DNA of 63,751 nucleotides, the filler included, from Chiloscyllium plagiosum (lineage: Eukaryota): assembly GCF_004010195.1 (NCBI RefSeq). It is 4 parts of 2 records of this genome, joined end to end, with 100 filler letters (N's around TTAATTAATTAA, not from the genome) between each part and the next. Parts side by side here need not be neighbours in the genome. Positions count along the whole stretch, not along the records: positions 1 to 21,399 come from NC_057713.1; 3 more parts are not named here. One strand, written 5' to 3'. The notes under the pieces are model-generated. The model made no database searches and had not been told where the DNA came from. It saw only the letters and a program-made list of their open reading frames with translations. The position numbers and the translations under genes were made by a program. Every line of letters starts with the position of its first letter. The first letter of the stretch is position 1. Shown here piece by piece: positions 1 through 14,349 of this stretch.

Positions 1-870
1 GTGGAGTTGTTGACAGTGAGGAAGGATGTGGCAGGTTACAGCGGGATATAGATAAGCTGCAGAACTGGGCAGAAAGGTGGCAAATGGAGTTCAATGTAGC
101 TAAGTGTGAGGTGATTCACTTTGGTAAGAGTAACAAAAAGTTGGGGTACTGGGCTAATGGTCGGATACTTGGTAGTGTGGATGAGCAGAGGGACCTTGGT
201 GTCCATGTACACGGATCTTTGAAAGTTGCCACCCAGGTAAATAGTGCGGTGAAGGAGGCATATGGCGTACTGGCTTTTATTGGTAGAGGAATTGAGTTCT
301 GGAGTACTGAGGTCATGTTGCAGTTGTATAAGACTCTGGTGCGTCCGCATCTGGAGTATTGTGTGCAGTTTTGGTCGTCATATTATAGGAAGGATGTGGA
401 GGCACTGGAACGGGTGCAGAGGAGGTTTACCAGGATGTTGCCTGGTATGGTAGAAAGATCGTATGAGGAAAGGCTGAGGCACTTGGGGTTGTTTTCATTG
501 GAGAAAAGAAGGTTTAGGGGTGACTTGATAGAGGTGTATAAGATGATTAGGGGTTTAGATAGGGTCGACAGTGAGAATCTTTTTCCATGTATGGAGTCAG
601 CTATTACAAGGGAGCATAGCTTTAAATTGAGGGGGGGTAGGTATAGGACAGATGTTAGGGGTAGGTTCTTTACTCAGCGAGTCGTGAGTTCATGGAATGC
701 CCTGCCAGTAGCAGTGGTGGACTCTCCCTCATTATGGGCATTTAAGTGGGCATTGGATAGGCATATGGAGGATAGTGGGCTAGTGTAGGTTAGGTGGGCT
801 TGGATCGGCACAACATCGAGGGCCGAAGGGTCTGTACTGCGCTGTATTCTTCTATGTTCTATGTTCTATG
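1..870 (+). mobile_element. CR1/HER1-type LINE, 3' part (RT C-terminus, 3' UTR, tail)
   Basis: ORF 84-788 has CR1 ORF2 C-terminal motifs (QRDLGV, LYKTLVRPHLEYCVQFW, RGDLIEVYK, FFTQRVV..WN.LP). Ends with a GGGCCGAAGGG stem-loop and a (TTCTATG)n tail. Confidence 0.93.
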
Positions 871-899
871 ATTGGAACTATATCCACAAGCGTCCACTC

Positions 900-1285
900 C
901 TTGCACCACTAATGTTCAGCAGCAGCAATGTGCATTATCTATAAGACGTACCGCAGAAATTCTCCAAATATTCTTGGGCAGCACCTTACAAACCCATTTC
1001 CAACTGGAAGGACAAGGACAGTGGAAACATGAGAGTACCACCACCTCCAAGTTCCCCTCCAAGCCACTCACCATCCTGACTTGGAATATATTGCTGTTTC
1101 TTCACTGTCACTGGGTCAAAATCCTGGAATTCCCTCCCTAATGGCATTGTGCGTCAACCACAGCACATGGACTGCAGCAGTTCAAGAAGGCAGCTCACCC
1201 CACCTTCTTAAGGGGTAACTAGGGACAGGCGATAAATGCTGACCCAGCCAGTGACACTCACATCCCAGGAGTGAATAAAAGTTTT
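900..1285 (+). mobile_element. Degenerate L2-type LINE 3' end
   Basis: Ends in ATAAATGCTG..CCAGCCAGTGAC..CACATCCC..GTGAATAAAA. The same tail occurs at ~15555-15610 and ~43770-43816. Confidence 0.6.
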
Positions 1286-1896
1286 TAAAATGATTAAGTT
1301 TAAAGGCTAGAAAATGTTAAGAACAAAGATCCTGATATCTAGAAGAGCTGGAAGCGGTTACATAGATAGGAAGCAGCAATGCCATGACAGCATTTAAAAA
1401 CAATAATGGTCTTTAAGTTAGATGCTGTCAAACTGGAACCAGCAAGTATAGAATGATGATTGAACAAGATCATGCAAGTTAAGATATGGGCAGAATCTTG
1501 GGTGAGTGCAAGTTTATACAGTGCAGAAGATAGGAAACAACAAAGTCAAGATGTAACAAAGATATGGATGAGAATTTCAACAGCAGATAAAGGGAGGCGG
1601 GATCGGAATCTGTTCATGTCATGAGATGGAAGTAGGTGGTCTTTGTGTTGGAGTAGATATGTTTTTAGAAATTTATTTTGGGACTAAATACAACAGCAAA
1701 TTTTCAAAAAGGTTAACTCCACTTAGTCATTTACCAGAGAAGAAAATGATGTTCAGGGAACAGAGTTCATATCAGGACTACTGGATCACAAGTCTAAACA
1801 ACATTTAGTTTATTTATCGAATATTTGATGTAAGACAAGCAGTTGGTAAATCAGAGATGGTGGGAGAATCCAGAGAGGTGCTGCTCAGATAGAATT

Positions 1897-4772
1897 AGAG
1901 TCATATGAGTCATACAGTCATAGAGATGGACAGCACGGAAACAGACCCTTCAGTCCAACTCGTCAATGCCGACCAGCTGTCCCAACCCAATTTCGTCCCA
2001 CCTGCCACCACCCGGCCCACATCCCTCCAAACTCTTTCTATTCACATACCCATCCAGATAACTTTTAAGTGTTGCAATTGTACCAGCCTCCACCACTTTC
2101 TCTGGCAGCTCATTCCACACACACACCACTCTCTGTGCGAAAATGTTGCCCATAGGTCTCTTTTATATTTTCCCCCCTCACCCTAAACCTATGTCCTCTA
2201 GTTCTGGACTCGCCCACCAGAGGGAAAAGGTATTGTCTATTTATCCTATTCATGCTCCTCATGATTTTATAAACCTCTATAAGGTCCTATCAGAAAGATG
2301 TTGTGAAACTTGAAAGGGTTCAGAAAAGATTTACAAGGATGTTGCCAGGGTTGGAGGATGTGAGCTACAGGGAGAGGTTGAACAGGCTGGGGCTGTTTTC
2401 CCTGGAGCGTCGGAGGCTGAGGGGCAACCTTATAGAGGTTTACAAAATTATGAGGTGGATGGATAGGATAAATAGACAAAGTCTTTTCCCTGGGTTGGGG
2501 GAGTCCAGAACTAGAGGGCATAGGTTTAGGGTGAGAGGGGAAAGTTATAAAACAGACCTTAGAGGCAGCTTTTTCACACAGAGAGTGGTACGTGTATGGA
2601 ATGAGCTGCCAGAGGAAGTAGTGGAGGCTGGTACAATTGCAACATTTAAAAGTCATTTGGGCAGGTATATGAATAGCAAGGGTTTGGAGGGATAGGGGCC
2701 AGGTGGGACCAGATTGGGTTGGGATATCTGGTTGGCATGGACGGATTGGACCGAAAGGTCTGTTTCCTTGCTGTACATCTCTATGACTCTAATACTCTAA
2801 GGTCCCCCCTCAGCCTCTAACTCTCCAGGGAAAACAGCCTAAGCCTATTCAACCTCGCCCTATAGCTCAAATCCTCCAATCCTGGCAACATCCTTGTAAA
2901 TCTTTTCTGAACCCTTTCAAGTTTCGCAACATCTTTCTGACAGGAAGGAGACCAGAATTGCACGCAACATTCCAACAGTGGCCTAACCAATGTCCTGTAT
3001 GGCCGCAATGTGACCTCCCAACTTCTGTACTCAATACTCTGACCAATAAAGGAAAGCATACCAAACGCCTTCTTCATTTTTCCAATCTATCTGCGACTCT
3101 ACTTTCAAGGAGCTATGAACCTGCACTCCAAGGTCTCTTTGCTCAGCAACCCTTCCTAGCACCTTACCATTAAGTGTATAAGTGCTGCTAAGGTTTACTT
3201 TCCCAAAATGCAGCACCTCGCATTTATCTGAATTAAACTCCGTCTGCTACTTCTCAGCCCATTGGCCTGTCTGGTCCAGATCCTGCTGTAATCTGAGGTA
3301 ACCTTCTTCACTGTCCACTACACCTCCAATTTTGGTGTCATTTACAAACTTACTAACTATTCCTTTTAAGCTCACATCCAAATCATTTATATAAATGCAA
3401 AAAGTAGTGCACCCAGCACCGATTCTTGTGGCACTCCACTGGTCACAGGCCTCCAGTCTGAAAAACAACCCTCCACCACCACCCTCTGTCTTCTACCTTT
3501 GAGCCAGTTCTGTATCCAAATGGCTAGTTCTCCCAGTATTTCAGGACATCTAACCAGTCTCCCATGGGGAATCTTGTCAAATGCTTTACTGAAATCCATA
3601 TAGATCGTGTCTACCACTCTGCCCTCATCTATCCTCATTGTTACTTCTTCAAAAAAACTCAATCAAGTTTGTGAGACATGATTTCCCACGCACAAAGCCA
3701 TGTTGACTATCCCTAATCAGTCCTTGCCTTTCCAAATTCCAAATCCTGTTCCTCAGGATTCCCTCCAACAACTTGCCCACCACTGACGTCAGGCTCACTG
3801 GTCTATAGTTCCCTGGCTTGTCATTACCACCTTTCTTAAACACATTAGCCAACCTCCAGTCTTCCAGCACCTCACCTGTGACTATCGATGATACAAATAT
3901 CTCAGCAAGAGACCCAGCACTTCCCTATCTTTGCACAGAGTTCTAGGGTACACCTGATCAGGTCCTGGGGATTTATCCATTTTTATGCATTTCAAGACAT
4001 CCGGCACTTCCTCCCTTGTAATCTGGACATTTTTCAAGATGTCACCATCTATTTCCCGACATTCTATATCTTCCATGTCCTTTTCCACAGTAAATAATGA
4101 TGCAAAATACTCATTTAGTATCTCTCCTGTTTTCTGCGGCTCCACACAAAGGCCACCTTGCTGATCTTTGAGGGCCCTACTCTCTCCCTAGTTACCCTTT
4201 TGTCCTTAATGTATTTGTAAAAACCCTTTGGATTCTCCTTAATTCGGTTTGCCAAAGCTATCTCATGTCCCCGTTTTGCCCTCCTGATTTCCCTCTTAAG
4301 TAAACTCATACTACTTTGATACTTTTCTAAGGATTCACTCGATCTATCCTGTCTACACCTGACATATGCTTCCTTCTTTTTCTTAACCAAACCCTCAATT
4401 TCTTTAGTCATCCAGCATTCCCTGTAACTACCAGCCTTCCCTTTCACCCTGACAGGAATATACTTTCTCTGGACTCTCGTTATCTAATTTCTGAAGGCCT
4501 CCCATTTTCCAGCCATCCCTTTACCTGCGAACATCTGCCCCCAATCAGCTTTTGAAAGTTTTTGCCTAATACCATCAAAATTGGCCTTTCTCCAATTTAG
4601 AACTTCACCTTTTAGATCTGGTCTATCCTTTTCCATCACTATTTTAAAACTAATAGAATTATGGTGGCTGGCCCCAAAGTGCTCCCCCACTGACACTTCA
4701 GTCACCTGCCCTGCCTTATTTCCCAAGAGTAGGTCATGTTTTGAACCTTTTCCAGTAGGTATATTATCCCAA
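1897..4772 (-). mobile_element. 5'-truncated CR1 LINE (end of endonuclease to tail), interrupted at 2288-2797
   Basis: Successive frameshifted minus-strand ORFs (EHFGAS.HN, KSPGPD, YRPVSLTS, DFSKAFDK, GVPQ.SVLG). (CTATGACT)n tail at ~1897-1925. Confidence 0.92.
2288..2797 (+). mobile_element. CR1 3' fragment inserted antisense into a CR1 of the same family
   Basis: ORF 2303-2695 and tail CTATGACTCT. Flanked by TAAGGTCC at 2280-2287 and 2798-2805. Confidence 0.88.
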
Positions 4773-5164
4773 AACCATATTCCCATTTTCTTCCCATATT
4801 TTTTGATGGATTTTGAGTCAAAGAATGCATCTACCTTTTCTCTTGAATAAATTCAGAGACTTGACTTCCACAGCTTTCAGTGGTGGAGAATTCCACACTT
4901 TAACTATTCTTTGAGTGTCAATGTTTGTAGACAGGTCCAGTCGGATGAAGAGGCACACTTTCCTGTGATAATAGTTACAAACTGTTTCTTTAATAAGTGG
5001 TTTATCTTTTGCTTTAGGTCAGTACTGCTACTTGGTGCTCTGGGGTAAGTACCTTGGGCTGTGGAAGTCTGAACATACAGTGTCCCTGAGGCCTTTTGAT
5101 CTTTATCACGAAGTAAGGCTCTTCAGCCTCACGTCTAATCTAGGTGCAATAACTCCTCTATTTA

Positions 5165-7010
5165 TAGCACAAAAGGAGGCCAATCAGTCCATCTTATCTA
5201 TACCAGGCAACCAAAGATCTGAGTACACTTTATGTTTTCCAGCTTATAGCCCATGGCCCTGGAAGCTATGGTAATTCCAGTGAATACTGTGTTTAAATAT
5301 TGCTTAAATGTTGTGAGAGTGTTTGACTCAACCACCTTTCCAGGTAGTGATTTCAGATCCCCACCACTCTCTGAGTGAAAATGTTTCTCATCAATTCTCC
5401 TCTTACCTTTTATCTTTTACCTTAAATCTATTGCCTTGCTATTGACCCCTCCACTAATGGAAAAGGTGCCTCCCTATCCATTCTATTTATGCCATTCATA
5501 ATCTTACACACCCCTATCAGATTCTCTCTCAACCTTCACTGCTCCAAGGAAAACAGACCCAGCCAATCCAATCTTTCCTCATAGGTCAGATCCTCCAGCC
5601 CAGGGAGCATCCTGGTAAATCTGTTTTGCACCTTCTCTAGTGTAAGAACATCCTTTCTATAAAGAGGTGAATGGAACTTCACGTGCCACAGTTAACAAAG
5701 GCAAGTATCCCATTTAGCTTTTTAACCACCTTATTTAACTGCCCTGCTACCTTCAGAGTTATGTGGATATGTACACTTAAGGTGTCTCTGATGTTCAGTA
5801 CTTCCCAAGGTCCTACCATTCATAGCATGATCCCTTGTCTTATTAGCCTGCCCCAACTCATTGCCTTTCAATTTTCATCCAAGAATTTCTTGGTCACATT
5901 TCCTATATTTAAGTCTAATCAATAAAGTACACCACAAAAGCCTTGCTAAAGTCTGAGCGTCCACATCAAATGCATAACCTTATCAACACTCCCTGGTTAC
6001 CTTCTCAAAAAATTCAATCAACTTTGTCAGACTTCCCTTACTAAATCAATACTGACTATCCCTGATTAACCTGCGGCTCTCCATATTCAGATATATTCTA
6101 TTCCTCTCATTTTTGTCTAATAACATACCCCTGAGGAGATAACAAATAGATTTCCAAAAAGGCAGTGTGGGACCAAGAGAACCCTGGACTAAGTGGGCTT
6201 TAATTTCCTGGTCTATCCATTCCTACTTGTTTTAATAATGGGAAAACATTAGCAGTCCTCCAATCCTTTGGCACTTCACTTATGGCCAGACAGGATTTCA
6301 AAAATCCTGCCAGGGCCTCTGATATCTCTTCCATTGCCTCTGTCAACAACAGGGATACATCTCATCACAGATTTATCTATTTTACAGGCTAAATCCTCTG
6401 GTATCTCTTCTTTCTCAATGTTAATTTCCTTTAATATTTTATAGTCTTCCAGCCCTGATGTCTAAATTGGTGAGGTCCTTTTTTATTGTGAAGACCACCA
6501 GTAAATATTCATTGAGGACTGTGCCGATATCTTCCAGGTCCATATTACCTCCATAATCTCTTAAAGGCTCTAATCTCCCCTTAGTTACAGTCTTGCTATT
6601 TATATATTTTTATAAAAAACCGCCAATGCTTTCTCTTGTGTTGATTCAGCTTTCCTAATTTTCTTCCAAAGTTATGCCTTGCATATTTAAATATTCTTCT
6701 CAAGACTCTGCCAATTGAGCCTTGGTTTCTGCCATAAGCTTCTCATTTTTCTTTCTAAGTTCTAAGCCTTATGTCCTTTGACATTCAGAGTCCTCATGGT
6801 TTCACTCTGTCTTTATGGGAATATAATTGCCCTGTGCTCTGCTATTTGTTTTATCTGCAAGTAACTGCTCCCAGTCCACTTGAGCTAACATTTATCTCAC
6901 CTTAGAACAATTAGTCTTTTCCCAATTTAGAAATTTAACTCTTGACCAGGCTTACTCCTTTCCATAACTATCCCACATCTAACTGAGTTATGATAACTAC
7001 CTCAAAATGC
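5165..7010 (-). mobile_element. Old, highly decayed CR1 LINE
   Basis: Patchy nucleotide similarity to the younger CR1 copies, in the expected order (3' UTR, RT, linker). Confidence 0.6.
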
Positions 7011-7014
7011 AGGA

Positions 7015-8825
7015 ATATAGAACATAGAACATAGAAAAATACAGCACAGAACAGGCCCTTTGGCCCACAATGTTGTGCTGAGGATTATTCCTAATCTAAA
7101 ATAAAATAAAATAACCTAACTTATCCATGTGCATCTCCAGCAGTCGCTTAAATGTCCCTAATAACTCTGGTTCTACCACCACCACTGGCAACGCATTCCA
7201 TGCATTCACAACTATCTGCGTAAAGAACCTACCTAAGATGGATCCTCCATACCTTCCTCCTGATACCTAAAAACTATGACCTCTCATGCCAGTCAATTCT
7301 GTCCTGGGGAAAAGTCTCTGGCTATTAACTCTATCCATGCCTCTCATTACCTTGTATTCATCGATCAGGTCACCTCTCTTCCTCCTTCTCTCCAGAGATA
7401 AAAATCCAAGCTTAGTCAACCTCTTTTCGTAAGACAAGCCCTCCATTCCAGGCAGCATCCTGGTAAACCTTCTTTGCACTTCTCCAAAGCCTCTGTATCT
7501 TTCCTATAGTAGGGCGACCAGAACTGGACACAATATTCCAAGTGCAGTCTCACCAGGGTTTTGTAAAGTTGCAGCAAAACGTCACAGCTCTTAAACTCGA
7601 TACCCCTGTTGATGAAAGCCAAAACACCAGATGCTTTCTTAACAACCCTATCCACTTGGGTGGTAACTTTGAGGGATCTATGCACTTGAATACCAAAATC
7701 CCTCTGTTCCTCCACGCTGCCAAGAATCCTGTCTTTAATCCTATATTCAGCATTCAAGATTGACCTTCCAAAATGCATCACTTGCATTTATCCAGGTTGA
7801 ACTCCATCTGCCATTTCTCAGCCCAGCCTGCAATAGCCCTCGATACTATCAATGGCACCGCCAACCTTTGTGTCATTGGCAAATTTACTAACCCACCCCT
7901 CAACCTCCTCATCCAAGTCATTTATAAAAACTACAAAGAGCAGAGGCCCAAGAACAGAGCCCTGTGGGACACCACTCACCACTGACCTCCAGGCAGAATA
8001 CTTTCCATCTACAACCACTCTCTGCCTTCTGTCAGCCAGCCAATTCTGAATCCAGACAGCCAAGTCTCCCTGTATCCCATACCTCCTGGCTTTATGAATG
8101 AGCCTACCATGGGGAACCTTATCAAATGCCTTGCTGAAGGCCATATACAGCACATCCACTGCTCAATCTTCGTCGACCTGTCTTATCACCTCCTCAAAGA
8201 ACTCAATAAGATTTGTGAGGCATGACCTGCCCCTCACAAAGCCATGTTGATTGCATTTAAATACACTATGCTTTGTCAAATAGTCATAAATCCTATCCCT
8301 TAGAATTATTTCCAAAAGCTTGCTGGCCACAGATGTAAGACTGACTGGTCTGTAATTGCCAGGGATTTCCCTATTACCCTTCTTGAAAAGAAGAACAATA
8401 TTCACCTCCCTCCAATCCTCTGGTATGACTCCCGTGGAGAGTGAGGAAGCAAAGATCTTTGCCAGTGGCTTAGCAACCTCCTTTCTCACTTCCCAGAGCA
8501 ACCTAGGGTAAATCTGGTCTGGGCCTGAGGACTTATCAATCTTAATGTTTGCCAAAATTTTCAGCACATCAACTTCCTCAATCTTGATCTGTTCAAGCCT
8601 GTTTCCCAGCTCCTCAAAATTCTTATTCACAACAAGGTCCCTTTTCTTCGTGAAAACTGAAACAAAAAAACTCATTTAGGGCTTCCCCTATCTGCTCAGA
8701 TTCCACGCACATGTGCCCTACGCTATCCCTGACCAGCCCCACCTTCTCCCAGATCATTCTCTTATTCCTCACGTATGAGTGAAATACCTTTGGTTTCCCC
8801 CTAATCCTTCCTGCCTCGGCTTTCC
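7015..8825 (-). mobile_element. 5'-truncated CR1 LINE (RT to tail)
   Basis: Minus-strand ORFs 7267-8844 with RT motifs. (TTCTATG)n tail at ~7017-7035. Confidence 0.92.
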
Positions 8826-8829
8826 CAAG

Positions 8830-11800
8830 GAAATAGAGCATCAAATATGTCGACAGTTCACAGAGTTGCCCAAGAGTAATATTGGGTAATTATACTAAAG
8901 GATTTCAAATTTCCCAATATAAATTGGGATAGTCATAGTGTGAAGAGATTAGAGCGGGCAGATTTCTTGAAATGTATCCAGGGGAGTTTTTTTGTGTCAA
9001 TATGTAGAAGTGCCAACAAGGGATGATGCTGAATCTGGTTCTGGGGAAAGAAGTCGGGACAAGTGTTTGATGTGGCAATAGGGAAAATCTTAGTGATAGC
9101 AACCATAACATGGGTATAGTTCACAATTATTCTGAACAATGAAAAGGATGGCAAAAGATGACTTTGGATTGGGGGAGGGCAGACTTTATTAGAATTAATC
9201 AGGATCTGGCCATAGTAGACTGGAACAGCTACTTGTGGGTAAGTCTACAGTGGAGCAATGGTGGGGGGGAGGCAATGAAAAAGGCAGAGTACAGGTTTAA
9301 CATGAACTCTTTAGAGGGAAACGTAGGAGCAATAAGTTCAGATGACCCAGGATATCGAGGACAATTCAGGACCGGATGAGGAAGAAGAGTAGGGCTTTTA
9401 GCAACTGCAAAGGGAACAATTCAGCTGCAGCCCTAGAGGAATACAGAAAATACAGGAAGAAACTTAAGAAAGCAATTAGAAGAGCAAAAAGGAGACATGA
9501 AAAAGGACTTGTGAACAGAATTAGGGAGAATCTTAAAATATTTTGTAAATGTATTAAAGGAAAGAGGCTAGCCAGGGAGAGGGCCCATTAAGGACCAAGG
9601 GGGCAACTTTCTGTGAAGCTGCAGGATATTGGAAGGGTGTTGAGTGAATAATTCTCTTTGGTCTTCACTCTGGAAAAGAGAACATAGCTACAGAATTCAG
9701 AAAAAGCAACAATGAGGAGCTAACACAGATTGACATTGAAAATGTTATGAGCTCTAAGGAGAGGCTAGAAAAACTCAAGTTGTTTTTTTCTTGAGTGGTG
9801 GAAGCTGAGGGAAGACTTGATAGAAGTCTATAAAATTATGAGATGCATAGATAGGGTTGACAATCAGAATCTTTTTCCCAGAGTTGAAATGTCTAATGCT
9901 CAGGGGCATGTCTTTAAGACAAGAGGGGGAATGTTCAAAGGAGATGTGAGGGACAAGTTTTTTACACAGAGCGTGGTAGGAGTGTGGAACGTGCTGCTGG
10001 GGTGGTGGCAGAGGCAGATATGATAGTGATATTTAAGGGATTTTTAGATCAACATATCAACATGCAAGGGCAGGCAGAAAGGATTAGTTTAATTTGGTGT
10101 CATGTTCAGCACAACATTGTGGATCAAAAAGCCTACTCCTTTGCTGTTCAGTTCTATGTTCTAGGTCCTATGAAATGGGGAAGTATTGGAAGCTCAGTCA
10201 AGCTTAAAAACAGACAAATCTCCTGGCCCAGATGAATTGCATCCCAGGTTGCTGTGGGAGGTGAGAGTCAAGATTAGAGTAGTGCTGGAAAAGCACAGCA
10301 TGTCAGGCAGCATCCGAGGAGCAGGAAAATTGACATTCCGGGCAAAAGTCCTTCCTAATGAAGGATGCTGCCTGACCTGATGTGCTTTTCCAGCACTACT
10401 TTAAATTTTGATTATAACCTCTAGCATCTGCGGTACCCACTTTCGCCTGCTGTGGGAGGTGAGGCAGGAAATTGCAGGGGTTCTGACACAAATGTTAATT
10501 CCTCTCTGACCATGGGGCAAGTGCCAGAGGATGTGGTTCCACTTTTTAAGAAGGGTGGTAGAAATGAACCAGGAAATTACAGACTGGTGAGTCTCACGTC
10601 AGCAGTAGCGAAAATATTACACAAAATTCTGAAGGAACGAATTAATATCCACCTGATAGACATAGGTTAATTAGGGATAGTCAGCATGGCTTTGTTAGAA
10701 GGTGGTCATGTCTAACAAATTTTGTTCGAATTTTTTGAAAATATGATCAAGTGTGTGGATAAGGGAAGTTCAGTTGATGTCGCTGATATGGGCTTTAGCA
10801 AAGCTTTTGGCAAGGTACCACATGGGAAGCTAATTAACAAAGGTTAAAGGGCATGGAATTGAGGAAACTTGGCAAGAAAGCTCAGTAATTGGCTTAGTAA
10901 TCGGACACAAAGAGTCGTGGGAGAAGCTATTGGAAAGACTGGAGGCAGGTGTCCAGCGGTGTACTACAAGGATCAGTACTGGGTTCATTATTGTATATAT
11001 TTTATTGTATTTATATATATTGTATATAATGATTGAGATGAAAATATTGGAGTAATGCTAAATAAATTTGCAGACGGCACCAAGATTGGTAGAGTGTTAA
11101 AGCAAAGAAGATGGCTTTAGGTTACAGAAAAATATAGATGGGTTGGTCAGATGAGCTGACCAATGGCAGATGGCATTTAACCCAGATGAGTGCAAGGTGA
11201 TGCACTTTGGAAGAAGAAACAAAATGAGGGAGTATTAATGAATTGCAGGACATGGGGTAACTTAGAGGAACAGCGGGATCTTGGGGTAATTTTTCATAGA
11301 TCCTTGAAGTCAGCAGAGCACACGAATAAGATAGTTAAGGTGGCATATGAGACACTTGCTTTCATCAAGTTGTGGCACAGAGCAAAAGAGCAAGGAGGTA
11401 ATGTTGGAGTTGTACGGAGCACTGGTTAGGTCACAGCTGGAGTACTGTGTCCAGTTCTAGCTCATTACAGGAAGGATGTGATAGCACTAGAGGGAGTAGA
11501 GAGAATGTTCACCAGGATGTTGCTTGGATGGAGAACTTGAGCCATAAGAAGAGACTAGATAAGCTTGGATTGTTTTCTCTTGAGCAGAGAAGGCTGACAT
11601 ATTGAGATGTATAAGATCATCAGGGGTGAGGGTGATTAGAGAGCAGCTGTTCCCCTTGGCTGAGGGGTCAATCATGAAGGGGGCATATTTTTAGTGTTAG
11701 GAGCAGGAGGCTGAGGGAGGATTTGGGAAAAAATACTTTTTCACTCAGCGGATGGTGGGAATCTGGAATGCACTGCCTGGGAAGGTGGTGGAGGCTAGAA

Positions 11801-11965
11801 ACCTTACAACCCTTAAAAAAATATTTGGATGAGTATTTCAGATATCATAACATCCAAGGATATGGGTTAAGTGCAGGAAATTGGGATTAACATGCCGTTA
11901 GTGGTAGTTATGTCAGTGCAGACTCAATGGGCCGAAGGGTCTTTTCTGCACTGTATGAATCTATG
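8830..11965 (+). mobile_element. Old CR1 LINE (endonuclease to 3' UTR) carrying nested insertions
   Basis: Fragmented ORF2 motifs (KSPGPD, NYRLVSLTS, QRDLGV). Interrupted by a CR1 3' piece at ~9745-10163 and the PLE at 10266-10447. Confidence 0.8.
10266..10447 (+). mobile_element. Penelope-derived foldback mini-element, family A
   Basis: Inverted arms (GTGCTGGAAAAGCACA..CAGGCAGCATCC and its complement) around a decayed hammerhead. 16-bp TSD TGCTGTGGGAGGTGAG at 10250-10265 and 10448-10463. Confidence 0.85.
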
Positions 11966-12074
11966 TGCCCCCTATCTGTGGCTTCAGTTTGTGTGTCTTA
12001 TTTTCAGGCTCCTAACATTAAAATTATTCCATATTAAGCTTAGTTCTTCACTATTGGGACTTTTGTTTCTTTTT

Positions 12075-12440
12075 GAGAGTGTGGGGCCGGAAAAGCACAG
12101 CAGGTCAGGCAGCATCTGAGGAGCAGGAGAAATGACGTTTTGGGCATAAATCTTTCATTAGGAATGAGACTTGTCAGCCGGGGGGCTGAGAGATAAATGG
12201 GAGTCGGGGTGGGGCTGGAGGGAAGTTAGCTGAGAATGTGACAGGTAGATGAAGGCGGGGGAGAAGGTGATAGGTCAGAGGGGAGGGGGGAACGGATAGA
12301 TGGGAAAGGTGATGGACAGGTCAGGAGGGCGGTGCTAAATGGAGGGCTTGGGACTGGGATAATATGGAGGGAGGGGAAATGAGGAAACTGATAAAATCCA
12401 CGTCGATCCCATGTGGTTGCAGGGTCCTAAGGAGGAATTT
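12075..12440 (-). mobile_element. Penelope-like element 3' end, family A (GIY-YIG C-terminus, 3' UTR, decayed hammerhead)
   Basis: Minus strand encodes LGTLQPHGIDVDF, followed by a pyrimidine-rich UTR and the family A terminal repeat. Confidence 0.8.
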
Positions 12441-12704
12441 GCAATGGTAGGGTTAAGTTCATGATCCATAGCTGCTCGTCTGGTACCATAGACATGAGAC
12501 CACTGTAACATATAGATGCCATGAAAAATACATATGCATCAGATGTTACAGTGCCTACTTTAGATAGTTAGCGTGAATCTATGAAGACCAGAGGTTTTAC
12601 ATTTCCATTGTTAAGGGTTGTTTGGGATATACATAATCTGTTGTGGTCAGTTAGAGACTGATACAACAAGCAACACATTGGGAAAACAAATAGATACCAA
12701 ACTT

Positions 12705-13900
12705 CAATCTTTTTTGAGGAAGTAACAAAGAGGATTGATGAGGGCAGAGCGGTAGATGTGATCTATATGGACTTCATTAAAGTGTTCGACAAGGTACCCC
12801 ATGGGAGACTGATTAGCAAGGTTAGATCTCATGGAATACAGAGAGAACTAGCCATTTGGATACAGAACTGGCTCAAAGGTAGAAGACAGAGGGTGGTGGT
12901 GGAGAGTTGTTTTTCAGACTGGAGGCCTGTGACCAGTGGAGTGCCACAAGGATCAGTGCTGGGTCCTCTACTTTTTGTCATTTACATAAATGATTTGGGT
13001 GCGAGCATTAGAGGTACAGTTAGTAAGTTTGCAAAATTGGAGGTGTAGTGGACAGCAAAGAGGGTTATCTCAGATTACAACAGGATCTGGACCAGATGGG
13101 CCAATGGGCTGAGAAGTGGCAGATAGAGTTTAATTCAGATAAATGCAAAGTGCTGCATTTTGGGAAAGCAAATCTTAGCAGGACTTATACACTTAATGGT
13201 TGCTGAACAAAGAGACCTTGGAGTGCAGGTTCATAGCTCCTTGAAAGTGGAGTCGCAGGTAGAAAGGATAGTGAAGAAGGCGTTTGGTATGCTTTCCTTT
13301 ATTGGTCAGAGTATTGAGTACAGGAGTTGGGAGGTCATGTTGCGGCTGTACAGGACATTGGTTAGGTCAATGTTGGAATATTGCGTGCAATTCTGGTCTC
13401 CTTCCTATCGGAAAGATGTTGCGAAACTTGAAAGGGTTCAGAAAAGATTTACAAGGATGTTGCCAGGATTGGAGGATCTGAGCTATAGGGATAAGCTGAA
13501 CAGGCTGGGGCTGTTTTCCCTGGAGCGTTGGAGGCTGAGGGGTGACCTTATAGAGGTTTATAAAATTATGAGGTCATGGATAGGATAAATAGGCAAAGTC
13601 TTTTCCCTGGATTAGGGGAGTCCAGAACTAGAGAACATAGATTTACGGTGAGAGGGGAAAGATATAAAAGAGACCTAAGGGGCAACTTTTTCACACAGAG
13701 GGTGGTACAAAAATGGAATGAGCTGCCAGAGGAAGTGGTGGAAGCTGGTACTTTTGCAACATTTAAGAGGCATTTGGATGGGTATATGAATAGGAAGGGT
13801 TTGGAGGGACTAGATTGGGTTGGGATATCTGGTCGTCATGGATGGGTTGGACCGAAGGGTCAGTTTCCATGCTGTATATATCTATGACTCAATGACTCTA
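12705..13900 (+). mobile_element. 5'-truncated CR1 LINE
   Basis: ORFs 12758-13887 with RT motifs; CTATGACT-type tail. Confidence 0.92.
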
Positions 13901-14349
13901 TAATTATAATAACAGAAATTAGGGTCATTTGATGAGAGATCAGACTCTGCAGAATAAAGAATTTGTTCACAAATCATCTAATTCATCTTCGTTTTCCTGG
14001 AGGTTGATGACCAAATAGCCAAGGCCATCTCACTGGAGATGTTTCTCCTGACTCCTTGAGTAATTTTAAACAATATCTTTCTCATCATCAAGTGAGGTAC
14101 ATGAAATGAAAGTTTCATAAAAAAGTGATTACATTACCTCCACTGTAGAGAGACAAATGGATTTTTAAAATATATTTCACACTGTGAAGTGACATTCAAA
14201 ACAATGTTGTTTGGTTTTTATCATCCAACAAATGGGCTTTAAAACTGTCTCCATTGGAAAGCAATCAAGTAGATTCAATCATTTTGAAATATTACTGCCT
14301 TATATGTCACCATCACTCCCAACTCAACCTGATTATTAATAATTATATG

